NCBI GenBank assembly: GCA_016937215.1
Contig: JAFGWI010000056.1
Location: 15,118 to 79,117 of the forward strand
Direction: 5' to 3'
From: Spirochaetales bacterium
GTDB taxonomy: Bacteria; Spirochaetota; Spirochaetia; SZUA-6; JAFGRV01
DNA: 64,000 nucleotides
Of this stretch, positions 8,807-17,889 are shown one piece after another. The notes under the pieces are model-generated. The model worked only from the letters and a program-made list of their open reading frames with translations, did no database searches and was not told where the DNA came from. How positions within the stretch are numbered: the first letter of the stretch is position 1; every line of letters begins with the position of its first letter. A program made the position numbers and the translations under genes.

Positions 8807-8962
8807 CTAAATCATCTAAACACATAGCATTATCCTGTTACCGAAGCGATTTTGTGGCTAAGCCCTGTTATACCTTGGATTGTGAGATTCTTTTAAAGAC
8901 CCGAGGTTCTCGGAATAACTGTAAAGCGAATCGCGGCTGATTCCAAAATTTTTTCGAGCTTT

Positions 8963-10732
8963 TTATTTTTCCGCAATGATCCCTGCCTTAAGGAATTTTC
9001 TGATCACTTTATCGTGGTTGTTAATCATTGGAATTTCCTGTTCTTTACGACCATGGCCCTGGATAGCGCGGCTGATGAAAGAATACTCTTCTTCGGAACA
9101 AATATAGTGTTCGATGGAATAATCAAAGGCATAAATAAGCATTCGGGTTTTCTGCTTTTTGATCATTTGGGTAATTTGTGAAAAATCATTTATACCCTCC
9201 TGGATCAGCTGAATGATGGCCAATGGATTGTAGTCAAATATGGCCATTTGTAAATCAGGATTCAGAATATAACCATTGGCGATTTCGATTTCCATTGATT
9301 CTTCGGAAAAGACCGAGTTACTGTGCCAGAAATAGGTGATCAGGCACTTGACCGTCATCATTGTTGAAGTAAGGCCTTTGTTGGTAAAAATATAATCAAT
9401 GGCTCTTTGCTGATATTCAAGGGGCGAACTAATATTCTGTGAAAGTGTTTGTTGAGTCGCGAGAAGGCTGAAAAATTCCGAGGCGCTTAAATTTAAATAG
9501 GGCAATATAAGATCAAACCAGGATACGGCTTTACCCTGGTTATAAAATAGATCAGCCAGGTCAGCGATGTTTTCCGCTTTTTCCAAATCCTTTGGGCTGA
9601 ATGATTTATTTCCGGAAACTTTGTATTCCTTTTCTATTTGATAGTTAAGATCAAGGTTTTTGGCTTGTTCAAATAATTCCGTACCTGGTAAAACAGTCAA
9701 AGGAAATATATCAACATGATTCGGACTGAGAGAAAATGCGTAATCAAGGCTTTCCAGAAATCCTGTTAAATTATCACCAGGTAATCCGAAAATCAGATCA
9801 AAACCATAGGTTAAATCAGCTTCATGGAGGAGAAATACTTTTTCCGTGAATTCTTGTTTGGAAAAGGAGCGGTTGATTTTTTTCAAAACCTTGGGATGAA
9901 TGCTCTGTAAACCTATTTGTATGCTGCAATTTATCCTGGAAAACAGATTTGTCATTTCCTGATCCAGGAACTCCGCCCTGACTTCAAAACTAAAATGGAT
10001 TTCCGGCGCCACTTCGGCTATGGCTTTCAGGATTTCTTTTGCCTCAGCTTTATTGTAGTTAAAGGTTGGATCCAATACAAAAACCTCTTGAATTTTCTTG
10101 GTCTGAAACAGTTGGAGTTCTTTTTTTATCCTGTTGATTGGAAAACGGCGAATACCGCGGTTTTGCCGTGACTCATAACAAAAAGCGCAATTAAAAGGAC
10201 AACCCCTTGAAAGCTCCCATAGAGCGGCTTTGTATTTATCCAGATCAAGGATTTCGGTGAGATAAGGAGATGGCAAATACTGTAAATCAGGCATTTTGTT
10301 TTGTCTTGTTATACGGGGGATATCCTGTTTTTTATCCATAAGTGCCTGAAAAAGCGGGATAATGCTTTCTTCAGCTTCGCCAGTGACGATGTAGTTGATC
10401 GCTGGAATATCGGCAAATACATCAGGTAATACGCTTGCCTGGGGGCCGCCGACAATTATAATCATTTCCGGAAATTCTTTCTTTAGCTGGTCTATCAATG
10501 CCAGGCTTTGGGTTACATTCCAGAGGTAAAGTGAAAAACAAACACATTCCGGTTTATTGGCTGTTATTTTTTTACAATTCTCCGCTAAAACTGAGGGCAG
10601 GGCACAATCGATAATCTGAATTGAAAGGGCTTGTTCAAAATGTTTTTTGGCGTTTGCGGCTATCATGGCTGCGCCAAGCGGGATTGACCGAGTTGATTCC
10701 TGAACATGTAGACAAACAAAATTTATTTTCAT
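8963..10732 (-). CDS. B12-binding-domain radical SAM protein with a long C-terminal extension (DUF4080-like architecture)
   Basis: 589 aa. N-terminal Rossmann-like B12-binding region (MIIIVGGPQAS). Radical SAM cluster motif SRGCPFNCAFCY. ~200-aa C-terminal domain of unknown function. Confidence 0.8.
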   Translation of the reverse strand: MKINFVCLHVQESTRSIPLGAAMIAANAKKHFEQALSIQIIDCALPSVLAENCKKITANKPECVCFSLYLWNVTQSLALIDQLKKEFPEMIIIVGGPQASVLPDVFADIPAINYIVTGEAEESIIPLFQALMDKKQDIPRITRQNKMPDLQYLPSPYLTEILDLDKYKAALWELSRGCPFNCAFCYESRQNRGIRRFPINRIKKELQLFQTKKIQEVFVLDPTFNYNKAEAKEILKAIAEVAPEIHFSFEVRAEFLDQEMTNLFSRINCSIQIGLQSIHPKVLKKINRSFSKQEFTEKVFLLHEADLTYGFDLIFGLPGDNLTGFLESLDYAFSLSPNHVDIFPLTVLPGTELFEQAKNLDLNYQIEKEYKVSGNKSFSPKDLEKAENIADLADLFYNQGKAVSWFDLILPYLNLSASEFFSLLATQQTLSQNISSPLEYQQRAIDYIFTNKGLTSTMMTVKCLITYFWHSNSVFSEESMEIEIANGYILNPDLQMAIFDYNPLAIIQLIQEGINDFSQITQMIKKQKTRMLIYAFDYSIEHYICSEEEYSFISRAIQGHGRKEQEIPMINNHDKVIRKFLKAGIIAEK

Positions 10733-10737
10733 TTAAT

Positions 10738-11031
10738 TTACCAATTTTTCGGAAAAGCAATAAATCGCCTGGCTGTTATATATCTGTTAGGATTATCCTT
10801 TGCTTCTCTCTCTGATTGAATTTTTTGTTGGCAGCTTGTTTTTACTCGAATGCTGTGCTTTTTCCTTTTTGTTTGGTCAACTTGGCCAAGGCTTCTGTTT
10901 TTTTGTGTTAACACATTAACCTTTAATTCAGAGGATTTGCTTTGATTATTCGGATTGCAAAAAAAGGTTATTAGTGTTTTTACGTAGAAATCTGATTGCC
11001 CATAATCGGGTTTGGTTTTACTGATATTCAT
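10738..11031 (-). CDS. hypothetical small basic protein (97 aa), possibly translationally coupled to the radical SAM gene
   Basis: ATG 11031 with AAGGA about 8 nt upstream. Its stop is 5 nt before the radical SAM ATG, which has no good SD of its own. The sequence is low complexity (K/Q/N/S rich) with no recognisable domain. Confidence 0.3.
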   Translation of the reverse strand: MNISKTKPDYGQSDFYVKTLITFFCNPNNQSKSSELKVNVLTQKNRSLGQVDQTKRKKHSIRVKTSCQQKIQSEREAKDNPNRYITARRFIAFPKNW

Positions 11032-11095
11032 CGATGAATCCTTTGATTATGAGGCATCATATGCAAAGTTAATTGCTCTGTCAATAAGCCTTAAT

Positions 11096-11147
11096 CCCAC
11101 ATTCCGCAGTGAATTTAGGTAATTTATTAAAGAATTTAGAGTTGAGG
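11096..11147 (+). mobile_element. half-copy (left end) of the MITE seen at 17735-17861
   Basis: CCCACATTCCGCAGTGAATTTAGGTAATTT...AGAGTTGAGG aligns with the first ~50 nt of the 17735 element. Confidence 0.55.
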
Positions 11148-11340
11148 CTCTTTCAAAACAAATACTATTAACGAAAGCAATGGTTTTTGTTGTTACAATT
11201 CATTTTTTAACCCACAGTGGCGATGAAATCAGGTAATGTCTAATATTGTTAGGAGTCACTATTTCGGGGGGAAACCTATAATAGCCCTTTGTATTTGTCT
11301 CTTATCCAGGGAAACACTATCTTGGTGCGGTAAGCTGGAT

Positions 11341-13626
11341 TTAATGTTTTTTTCGATTTTTTTTATTGTTGTACAACATGGCATCAGCAGTCTGAAGCAT
11401 TAGGTTTATATCGCTCTTATCATGGTTGTTGCTTACTGACCACCCATAACTCATGAATATTTTGAAAGCTTTGTTTATCTCTTTATTGACAAGCACGGTT
11501 TTTTTCTGAAATCGTTCAATTACAGCGTTTATATATCTTGAATCAACAGTTGGAGAAAAAACAACAAATTCATCACCCCCAAGCCTTCCTATAATATCGG
11601 AACTTCGAAAAGAACTGCGAAGAATAGATGCCGCTGTTTTTAAAGCGTAATCACCTTCTTCGTGGCCATAATTGTCGTTGATCTCTTTTAAACCATCAAG
11701 ATCAAAGAAAAACAAAATGCATGATTTACTTTCTTTTTCAGCCAGTTCCAGAGCACTGGCGGCTAATGTTAAAAAACCCCTTCGGTTATATAAAGCAGTT
11801 AATTCGTCCATCTCGGATATATGCTGTAAATGATGTGTGTAAGACTGAAGTTCGTCCAGAGCTCTTCGGAGTTTCTGTTCGCTGTTGCTGATTTCTTGCA
11901 TCATTAATAAGCGTTTGTAGGTGGTGCTGATCTGAGTTGCCAGAATTTCATATATTTCATAGGATATTTTTTTGTATTCCATCAAGATGTAGCCGTATTG
12001 CTCTTCTCTGAAAAACAAAGCTGTCGCGATATAGATAATACCAGAATCATTTTTCATAAATTCGGGAGGAACCATCATGGGGTAGTCAAACACAATATTA
12101 GCCGACGGCTTCGTATCGCTAAAATGTGAAGAAAGAATTTCCATTTTTACGGGATGCTTCATTTTTGTTTCATCTTTATGAAAAATTGGTTCATTAAAAA
12201 GAATAATCAAAAAGCGATCGATGCCGATAGAAGCAACTGCAGAGAAAAAAGTATCAAGAAATTGGTCAAAACTGAGAAAAGCAGAGCTATCCCTTATGAG
12301 AAAACGAAGCCTGTAAAGAATCTGTTCATTTTGCAGCATTTGATTTGCCTGTTTCGCGTCTCTGTATTCTATTAGAAGTTTGTGAGCCCCTTGAAGAGCA
12401 TAGTGTATTTGAGAGGAATCGCTGTCGGATATGAAAAGGTCTTTAAGTGCTGTTTCAATGGAAGATAGGAATAATTCAATGATTTCCATGCCCCTGTCAA
12501 TGGCAAAAAAATCCATGCAAAGGCGATTAAAATCCTTGAGAAAAGCTAATGTGTTTTTAAGCCCGCTTTTAATGTGTGTGTCAAATAATGCGCAACAGGA
12601 TCTGGTTAATAATTCCGACTCCCTGTTATTACCTATGGCTGTTGCTCTCGCTTGGAAAGCTTTGCAGTTTAGCTTGCGAGTTTGATGTTTGTTTACTAAA
12701 AAAACACTTTCATTGGATTTTTTCTCGGGTTCTCCATTATTTTCAAAGCCCATGCAGCCGCAGGATTTTCGGATAACCATATGGGTTTCAAACATCATGC
12801 TCTGATTCATCGCCTCGCCTTTGATCAGTGAAACCAGGGTTTTTACTGCCTGGTGTGCTTGTTCGCGAAGGGGTTGAGCGACAGTGGTGAGTGAGGGAAT
12901 GCTTGTGAACCCCTCATTCAGATTATCAAAACCCGTAACTGCCATATCCTCGGGCACTTTAATCCCGCGTCGAGATAATTCCTCTATGGCTCCCAAGGCC
13001 ATGGAATCATTAGAAGCAATTACCACATCGCAATCAGAGCCGCGACGATTATCAAGCAGTTCCTTTACAGCAGAAACACCCGATTCAAAGGTGAAATTTC
13101 CGAAAACCCTTAAGTCTTCAAGATATGGAATGGAGCGTTCCTCCAGGCTTTTCCTGAATACGTTGAACCGCTGTTGTGCCTCACTATTTTCCATGGGTCC
13201 ATTGATGAAGGCCGGTTTTCGGAAAGCATGAACATCAAAAAGATGAGCCATCAATTCACGAAATCCGCTTTGATTGTTGATGCCGATCATCGTGCTTTCG
13301 GGAAGCCCTATATTCAAACAAAGCAGTGGCAAATCCTTGATTCCTCCATAAAAATCCATTGTTTTCTGAAAACCGATCAAATCTATCATGCTGCCGGGCG
13401 TAACAATCAAACCATCGAGATTTTCCTTGGTCATAAAATTATAAATCAGTGTATTTTGATATTCGTAGCGGGCAAGATAAGGAGAACAACGCCCGGGAAA
13501 TAAAATAAGATTAATCTTCTGTTGCCTTGCTTCTTCGCACAATCCCTGGAGCAGTGAATTGTAGTAAGAACCATAGAGGCTTAAGGATTGGAATCCGATT
13601 GTGAGATCTCGCTCAACTTTTGCCAT
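11341..13626 (-). CDS. cytoplasmic LacI-type (PBP1) sugar-binding-like domain + ~300-aa middle region + GGDEF diguanylate cyclase
   Basis: 761 aa with no signal peptide or HTH. N-terminal TIGFQSLSLYGSYYNSLLQG...VIASNDSMALGAIEELSRRGIKVPEDMAVTGFDN is the LacI/RbsB ligand-binding fold. C-terminal DELTALYNRRGF...RSSDIIGRLGGDEF carries an RxxD I-site. Paralog of 37490-39754. Confidence 0.8.
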   Translation of the reverse strand: MAKVERDLTIGFQSLSLYGSYYNSLLQGLCEEARQQKINLILFPGRCSPYLARYEYQNTLIYNFMTKENLDGLIVTPGSMIDLIGFQKTMDFYGGIKDLPLLCLNIGLPESTMIGINNQSGFRELMAHLFDVHAFRKPAFINGPMENSEAQQRFNVFRKSLEERSIPYLEDLRVFGNFTFESGVSAVKELLDNRRGSDCDVVIASNDSMALGAIEELSRRGIKVPEDMAVTGFDNLNEGFTSIPSLTTVAQPLREQAHQAVKTLVSLIKGEAMNQSMMFETHMVIRKSCGCMGFENNGEPEKKSNESVFLVNKHQTRKLNCKAFQARATAIGNNRESELLTRSCCALFDTHIKSGLKNTLAFLKDFNRLCMDFFAIDRGMEIIELFLSSIETALKDLFISDSDSSQIHYALQGAHKLLIEYRDAKQANQMLQNEQILYRLRFLIRDSSAFLSFDQFLDTFFSAVASIGIDRFLIILFNEPIFHKDETKMKHPVKMEILSSHFSDTKPSANIVFDYPMMVPPEFMKNDSGIIYIATALFFREEQYGYILMEYKKISYEIYEILATQISTTYKRLLMMQEISNSEQKLRRALDELQSYTHHLQHISEMDELTALYNRRGFLTLAASALELAEKESKSCILFFFDLDGLKEINDNYGHEEGDYALKTAASILRSSFRSSDIIGRLGGDEFVVFSPTVDSRYINAVIERFQKKTVLVNKEINKAFKIFMSYGWSVSNNHDKSDINLMLQTADAMLYNNKKNRKKH

Positions 13627-13681
13627 ATATTGATTATAATTATAGGATCTGCCATCTGGATTTTCAAGAAATTACTCATAA

Positions 13682-13975
13682 TTATCTATAAAAGCAGAAA
13701 GTGTTATAATTTGAAAGACCAAGTTCAGCTTGGTTTCCGTGGCCACTTGGAGAATCATTATTATCACAGGTAAATTGCCCTGCATAGGTTCCAGCTCTCA
13801 CAGGATTTGATACTTGTGTGAAGGCATTCGCGGTTAGTGAAAAATCAGTCCAACCATATTCTTGAATGGGATTTTCAAAATCACAGGAAAAACTAATAAC
13901 TTCAGGAGAAACAGGATGGGTAGCTATCTGTCCGCAGGAAGAACAAATTAAAACAATAAAGCAGGGGCTGTCCAA
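13682..13975 (-). pseudogene. possible N-terminal remnant of a secreted polysaccharide-lyase / concanavalin-like protein
   Basis: The 97-aa ORF has only a TTG start. DFENPIQEYGWTDFS...VSNPVRAGTYAGQFTCDNNDSPSGHGNQAEL resembles the N-terminal FE.G...W...R.G.Y....RAEL pattern of that fold and then stops. Domain assignment is from memory only. Confidence 0.3.
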
Positions 13976-14087
13976 AAAGTCTAAAATGCCTTAAAAATAG
14001 CGTCTTTTTCTAAAAATTTGTAAAAACACACTAAATTTGGATTCAAAATATTAAAAAACGACTTTTTGAACAACCCCAAATGGTCAT

Positions 14088-15737
14088 TTATTCCAGAGTC
14101 AGAACACCCCACTGCGAGGGGTTTGAATAAAAACTTGAATCACCGTTCCAGATGGTCTGGCTTTCCCTGTCGCCTGAATCATCGCTGTCATCAAAGGCAA
14201 AATCAAAGCCCAGTTTCATGCCACTGGACGGGTTAAAATCAGATGACAAGGATTTCCAGGGGATTTTTCCCGCAAATATATATCCCTTGTCGATTGGTGT
14301 AACTTTTAGCTCAACCAATTCAAGGGCCTTGTTCTGCTTTCCCCATGACCAAGCTGATGGCGCTATATTATCCTTTTGTGAACCAGGGCTGAAGCCTAAT
14401 TGAAAATCCAGTGGTGAAAAATATTCCCGTTTTACATCGGCTTTTTCATCCAGGCCAATACAAATCTCGATACAATCGCCGTTCCAGATATTGACACCCG
14501 ATTTATTGTTGAATACCGGTACATCATCGCTGATAACGGCCTGAAAATAAAAATAATCCACAGACCACATAAAGCCCATGTCCGCGGACAAGTCCTCTTT
14601 TCCGCTTTCCGATTCAAGGCCTATGGATTTTTCAGATTTCAAGGAGGTTGATGGGGCCATATCCTCCTTCAGGAAAAGGGCCGAAGCCTCTCGTCGTGTT
14701 ACCGGAGGAATCAGGCTGTCCAGTCGGGCAATATAGTCAGATCGTCGGGATGGAAAAGCCTCGGCGATGGGAGCAAAAAGTCTTGAATCCGATAGAAAAT
14801 AGTTAGAGCCAAAAAGCGATTTCGCGGTTTCTGTTGTTTTTTCATCCACCAAAAGTCGCCAATCCAGTTCTTTATTTATATCAAACCAGGTTATGGCCCG
14901 GATCGCTGGAAAGTGAAGCTCCAAATCCTCTGCCATTTGTTTTAGCCAGTCGGCCTTTGTGCTGCCATTCCCGCCAGTGGCGAATTCAGCGATCATGATA
15001 GGCTTGTTGGTTTTTAACACAATCTTGGAATAGATTTTACCAAAGATGTCCTTGAAAGAATCAGAGCCGGAAAAGTTGTATCCGTCGATGCCTATCCAGT
15101 CAACATAAGAGCCACCGGGAAAGGCTTTTAGTGGATCATTCCATGGTTCGTTGGGAACACTGTTGGCATTGATACACCATATCCACTCCACATTGTCCGC
15201 GCCAACGAGATCAAAAATTCCGTGGATCTTTTTAAAGGCAGCTGAATAGCGTGCCGCGTTATTTCCATTTTGCGCGAGGCTCCAGGGATACCAGTTGCCG
15301 TTAAACTCGTGGCCCCATCGCAAAAGCATGGGCTTGCCAAAGGCCGCGGCTGCCGATGCCCAGGCGCTTATATAGGCATCCCATTTGCCCTGAAGAATAT
15401 CATCGAGGTTTATTTTCTCAGTGCCATCAAAAAACCAGGGTTCCCAGGTTAAGTGTGGCATATAACCGGCATTATAAACTCGCTGAACATCCTCAGTCGG
15501 AAAGTCTGTACTCCAGTCAAGATACCACATGATTGAGGCCATTTCCTTGTTGATTTGTTTTTCAATCGATTTGACAGGAGCCAGATCCAGCTGCGAGCCT
15601 TCGTGAAAAACCCCTAATAAAACACCTTTGTTAATCGCCTCAGGTGAAGATGTTTGCAGCCCCTGGCAGCTGATAAAGACCATGGTTGCTGTTATAACCA
15701 TAAGCATGTTTAAAAAATCTTTTTTTGCACTATGCAT
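14088..15737 (-). CDS. GH26-like glycoside hydrolase (mannanase-type) with C-terminal CBM9-like domain
   Basis: 549 aa. Lipoprotein-like N-terminus (MVFISCQG). LLRWGHEFNGNWYPW, YVDWIGIDGYN and PIMIAEFATG match GH26 catalytic motifs. C-terminal FYFQAVISDDVPVF...WNGDCIEICIG resembles CBM9. GGAGG lies 9 nt upstream of the ATG. Confidence 0.7.
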   Translation of the reverse strand: MHSAKKDFLNMLMVITATMVFISCQGLQTSSPEAINKGVLLGVFHEGSQLDLAPVKSIEKQINKEMASIMWYLDWSTDFPTEDVQRVYNAGYMPHLTWEPWFFDGTEKINLDDILQGKWDAYISAWASAAAAFGKPMLLRWGHEFNGNWYPWSLAQNGNNAARYSAAFKKIHGIFDLVGADNVEWIWCINANSVPNEPWNDPLKAFPGGSYVDWIGIDGYNFSGSDSFKDIFGKIYSKIVLKTNKPIMIAEFATGGNGSTKADWLKQMAEDLELHFPAIRAITWFDINKELDWRLLVDEKTTETAKSLFGSNYFLSDSRLFAPIAEAFPSRRSDYIARLDSLIPPVTRREASALFLKEDMAPSTSLKSEKSIGLESESGKEDLSADMGFMWSVDYFYFQAVISDDVPVFNNKSGVNIWNGDCIEICIGLDEKADVKREYFSPLDFQLGFSPGSQKDNIAPSAWSWGKQNKALELVELKVTPIDKGYIFAGKIPWKSLSSDFNPSSGMKLGFDFAFDDSDDSGDRESQTIWNGDSSFYSNPSQWGVLTLE

Positions 15738-15771
15738 TATTTCATACCTCCTAAATAATCTGCTTTTCTTT

Positions 15772-15785
15772 TGTAAACGTTTACA
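15772..15785. promoter_or_regulatory. perfect LacI/CcpA-family operator palindrome TGTAAACGTTTACA
   Basis: 14-bp perfect palindrome matching the LacI-family half-site TGTAAAC, 35-48 nt upstream of the GH26 start in the divergent GH26/GH5 intergenic region. Confidence 0.6.
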
Positions 15786-16103
15786 AATATTTTCAATTTT
15801 GATCCATCATAAATAATGTCTTTGATTTTTGCAATGCTTCTTTTCTATACTTATTATATTCGAATCAACTTAAAAATAAAGAAAAAAAACAAGAGCTCTT
15901 CAATAATTTCATGCAGGACTTTTGATTGATGAGTATTCAGATGAATATCCCTACAATTTTAATCAGAACAACTTATTGAATACTGAAATGATCTATGTTA
16001 ATTAATAGATAGAGTGGTGCATCGATTTACTAAAATGCATTCGCCCATAATTTGAAGTCAATAATTATCTGTTTTCATGAAAATATTGACTCATGGAGGA
16101 AAA

Positions 16104-17648
16104 ATGAAGTATCAAAATAAAATTTCGTTATTATTTACTCTTATTTTAATTGGATTGATAAGCACTGGAAATTTGTTTTCACAGATGCGGAATATCACAG
16201 GTTATGAACTGGTTGATGACATGAAAATTGGCTGGAACCTGGGAAATTCCTTTGATTCCTTGGGCGGAGATGAAACCGCCTGGGGAAATCCGGTGACAAC
16301 CAAAGCCATCATCGACATGATCGCCTCAAAGGGTTTTAAAACAGTGCGTATACCTGTTTCCTGGGGTGAGCATGTGGGGCCAGGGCCAAGCTATACCATC
16401 GACCCTCAAAGGCTATCCCGCGTAAAAACCGTGGTTGATTATTGCATGGCCAACAGCATGTACGCCATTGTGAATATGCATCATGAAAATGAGTGGCTGG
16501 TTCCAACCTATGCCAAGGAAGCTGAGTCAACCAAGGAATTGCTTGCCATCTGGAAGCAAATTGCCGAATATTTCAGGAATTATGATGATTATCTTTTGTT
16601 TGAGACCATGAACGAACCCCGTGTGGAAGGATCTGCCATGGAGTGGAACGGCGGAACCGAGGAAAACAGGGATGTGATAAATCATTTTAACCAGGTGGCA
16701 CTGGATACCATTCGTTCCACTGGTGGTAATAATTCAAAGCGCTGGGTTTTGATTACACCCCATGCGGCAACCTCCATGGACATCGTGATCAGAAATCTGG
16801 CCATTCCCAATGATCCCTATATCCTGGTTTCCCAGCACACCTATTATCCCTATTTCTTCTGCCTGGATACTGGCGGAACAGCAGCCTGGGGCACAGAAAA
16901 GGATAAAATCGATATGGATCTGGAACTTGACCGCGTTGCTGATTTCTGGAAAGCCAAAGGAATACCCGTGGTTGTGGGTGAATGGGCTTCCATAGAAAAA
17001 AATAACACAGCAGCTCGTGTTGCCCATGCCGAATATTATGCCGGGGGCCTTCGAAACCGGGGTATGCTGGGTATCTGGTGGGATAATGGCTGGACCGGCG
17101 ATGGGGGATTGGCCATTCTGGACCGCAAAACCCTCACATGGCATCGTCCTGAAATTGCCGATGCTTTGATCAAGGGCGTTAACCAGCCCCAGTCTTCGCC
17201 ATTTCCAGGTTATGATTGCTCGGCTTTACCGGAGTGGAGCGCGTCTACGGTTTATTCGGCAGCCGGTGCTCAGGTACGTTATAATGGAAAAATGTATGAG
17301 AACAGATGGTATACTTCTGGTGAAAATCCTGAGGAAAATTCCGGTTCCAACGAAGTCTGGATCTATATCGGACCTTGCGCCGGCGGTCTGACTCCTGATA
17401 CGCCAAGTCCAACCCCGGTTCCTGACATAACACCCACACCTGTTGATAGGATTATGGGTGATGTTGACCGAAGCGGAGCAGTCAATGTGGTGGACAGTCT
17501 GTTAATTGCCCAATATTATGTAAATCAAATTCCAGCTGTGTTTTATCCTGAGGCAGCTGATGTGAATTGTGACAATAGCATTAATATTGTGGACGCCCTT
17601 TTGGTGGCCCAGTATTATGTGAGTTTGATAAGCAAATTCCCCTGTTAA
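16104..17648 (+). CDS. GH5 endoglucanase + CBM5/12-like domain + C-terminal dockerin
   Basis: GGAGG lies 4 nt before ATG 16104 (the track start 16077 is less likely). GWNLGNSFDS, FETMNEP and VVGEWAS are GH5 motifs. WSASTVYSAAGAQVRYNGKMYENRWYT is a CBM5/12-type motif. GDVDRSGAVNVVDSLLIAQYYV and ADVNCDNSINIVDALLVAQYYV form the dockerin. Confidence 0.9.
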   Translation: MKYQNKISLLFTLILIGLISTGNLFSQMRNITGYELVDDMKIGWNLGNSFDSLGGDETAWGNPVTTKAIIDMIASKGFKTVRIPVSWGEHVGPGPSYTIDPQRLSRVKTVVDYCMANSMYAIVNMHHENEWLVPTYAKEAESTKELLAIWKQIAEYFRNYDDYLLFETMNEPRVEGSAMEWNGGTEENRDVINHFNQVALDTIRSTGGNNSKRWVLITPHAATSMDIVIRNLAIPNDPYILVSQHTYYPYFFCLDTGGTAAWGTEKDKIDMDLELDRVADFWKAKGIPVVVGEWASIEKNNTAARVAHAEYYAGGLRNRGMLGIWWDNGWTGDGGLAILDRKTLTWHRPEIADALIKGVNQPQSSPFPGYDCSALPEWSASTVYSAAGAQVRYNGKMYENRWYTSGENPEENSGSNEVWIYIGPCAGGLTPDTPSPTPVPDITPTPVDRIMGDVDRSGAVNVVDSLLIAQYYVNQIPAVFYPEAADVNCDNSINIVDALLVAQYYVSLISKFPC

Positions 17649-17695
17649 TACTGCTTAAAGAATACAGGTAGAGTTTTATAAATAAGGGAGAAAGA

Positions 17696-17724
17696 GAAAT
17701 TGCGATTTTTAAAATCGCAATTTC
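17696..17724 (+). terminator. perfect palindrome downstream of the GH5 gene
   Basis: GAAATTGCGATTTT/AAAATCGCAATTTC, followed by TTG. It resembles the internal hairpin of the adjacent MITE. Confidence 0.4.
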
Positions 17725-17734
17725 TTGACTCTTG

Positions 17735-17861
17735 ACCCACATTCCACAGTGAATTTGGTAATTTCTTATATTATTTGGAGTTAAGAATTTGCGATTTGCA
17801 AAATCGCCTTTTCTATTTATCAATAATATAAGAAATTACTATTTTAATGCGGAAAGTGGGT
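17735..17861 (+). mobile_element. MITE-like element (~127 nt) with ~40-nt imperfect terminal inverted repeats
   Basis: Left end ACCCACATTCCACAGTGAATTTGGTAATTTCTTATATTAT. Right end ATAATATAAGAAATTACTATTTTAATGCGGAAAGTGGGT. About 90% identical to the reverse complement of 48710-48839. Confidence 0.75.
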
Positions 17862-17889
17862 CTTGATATTTCTTTTAAAGATTTTCTAT

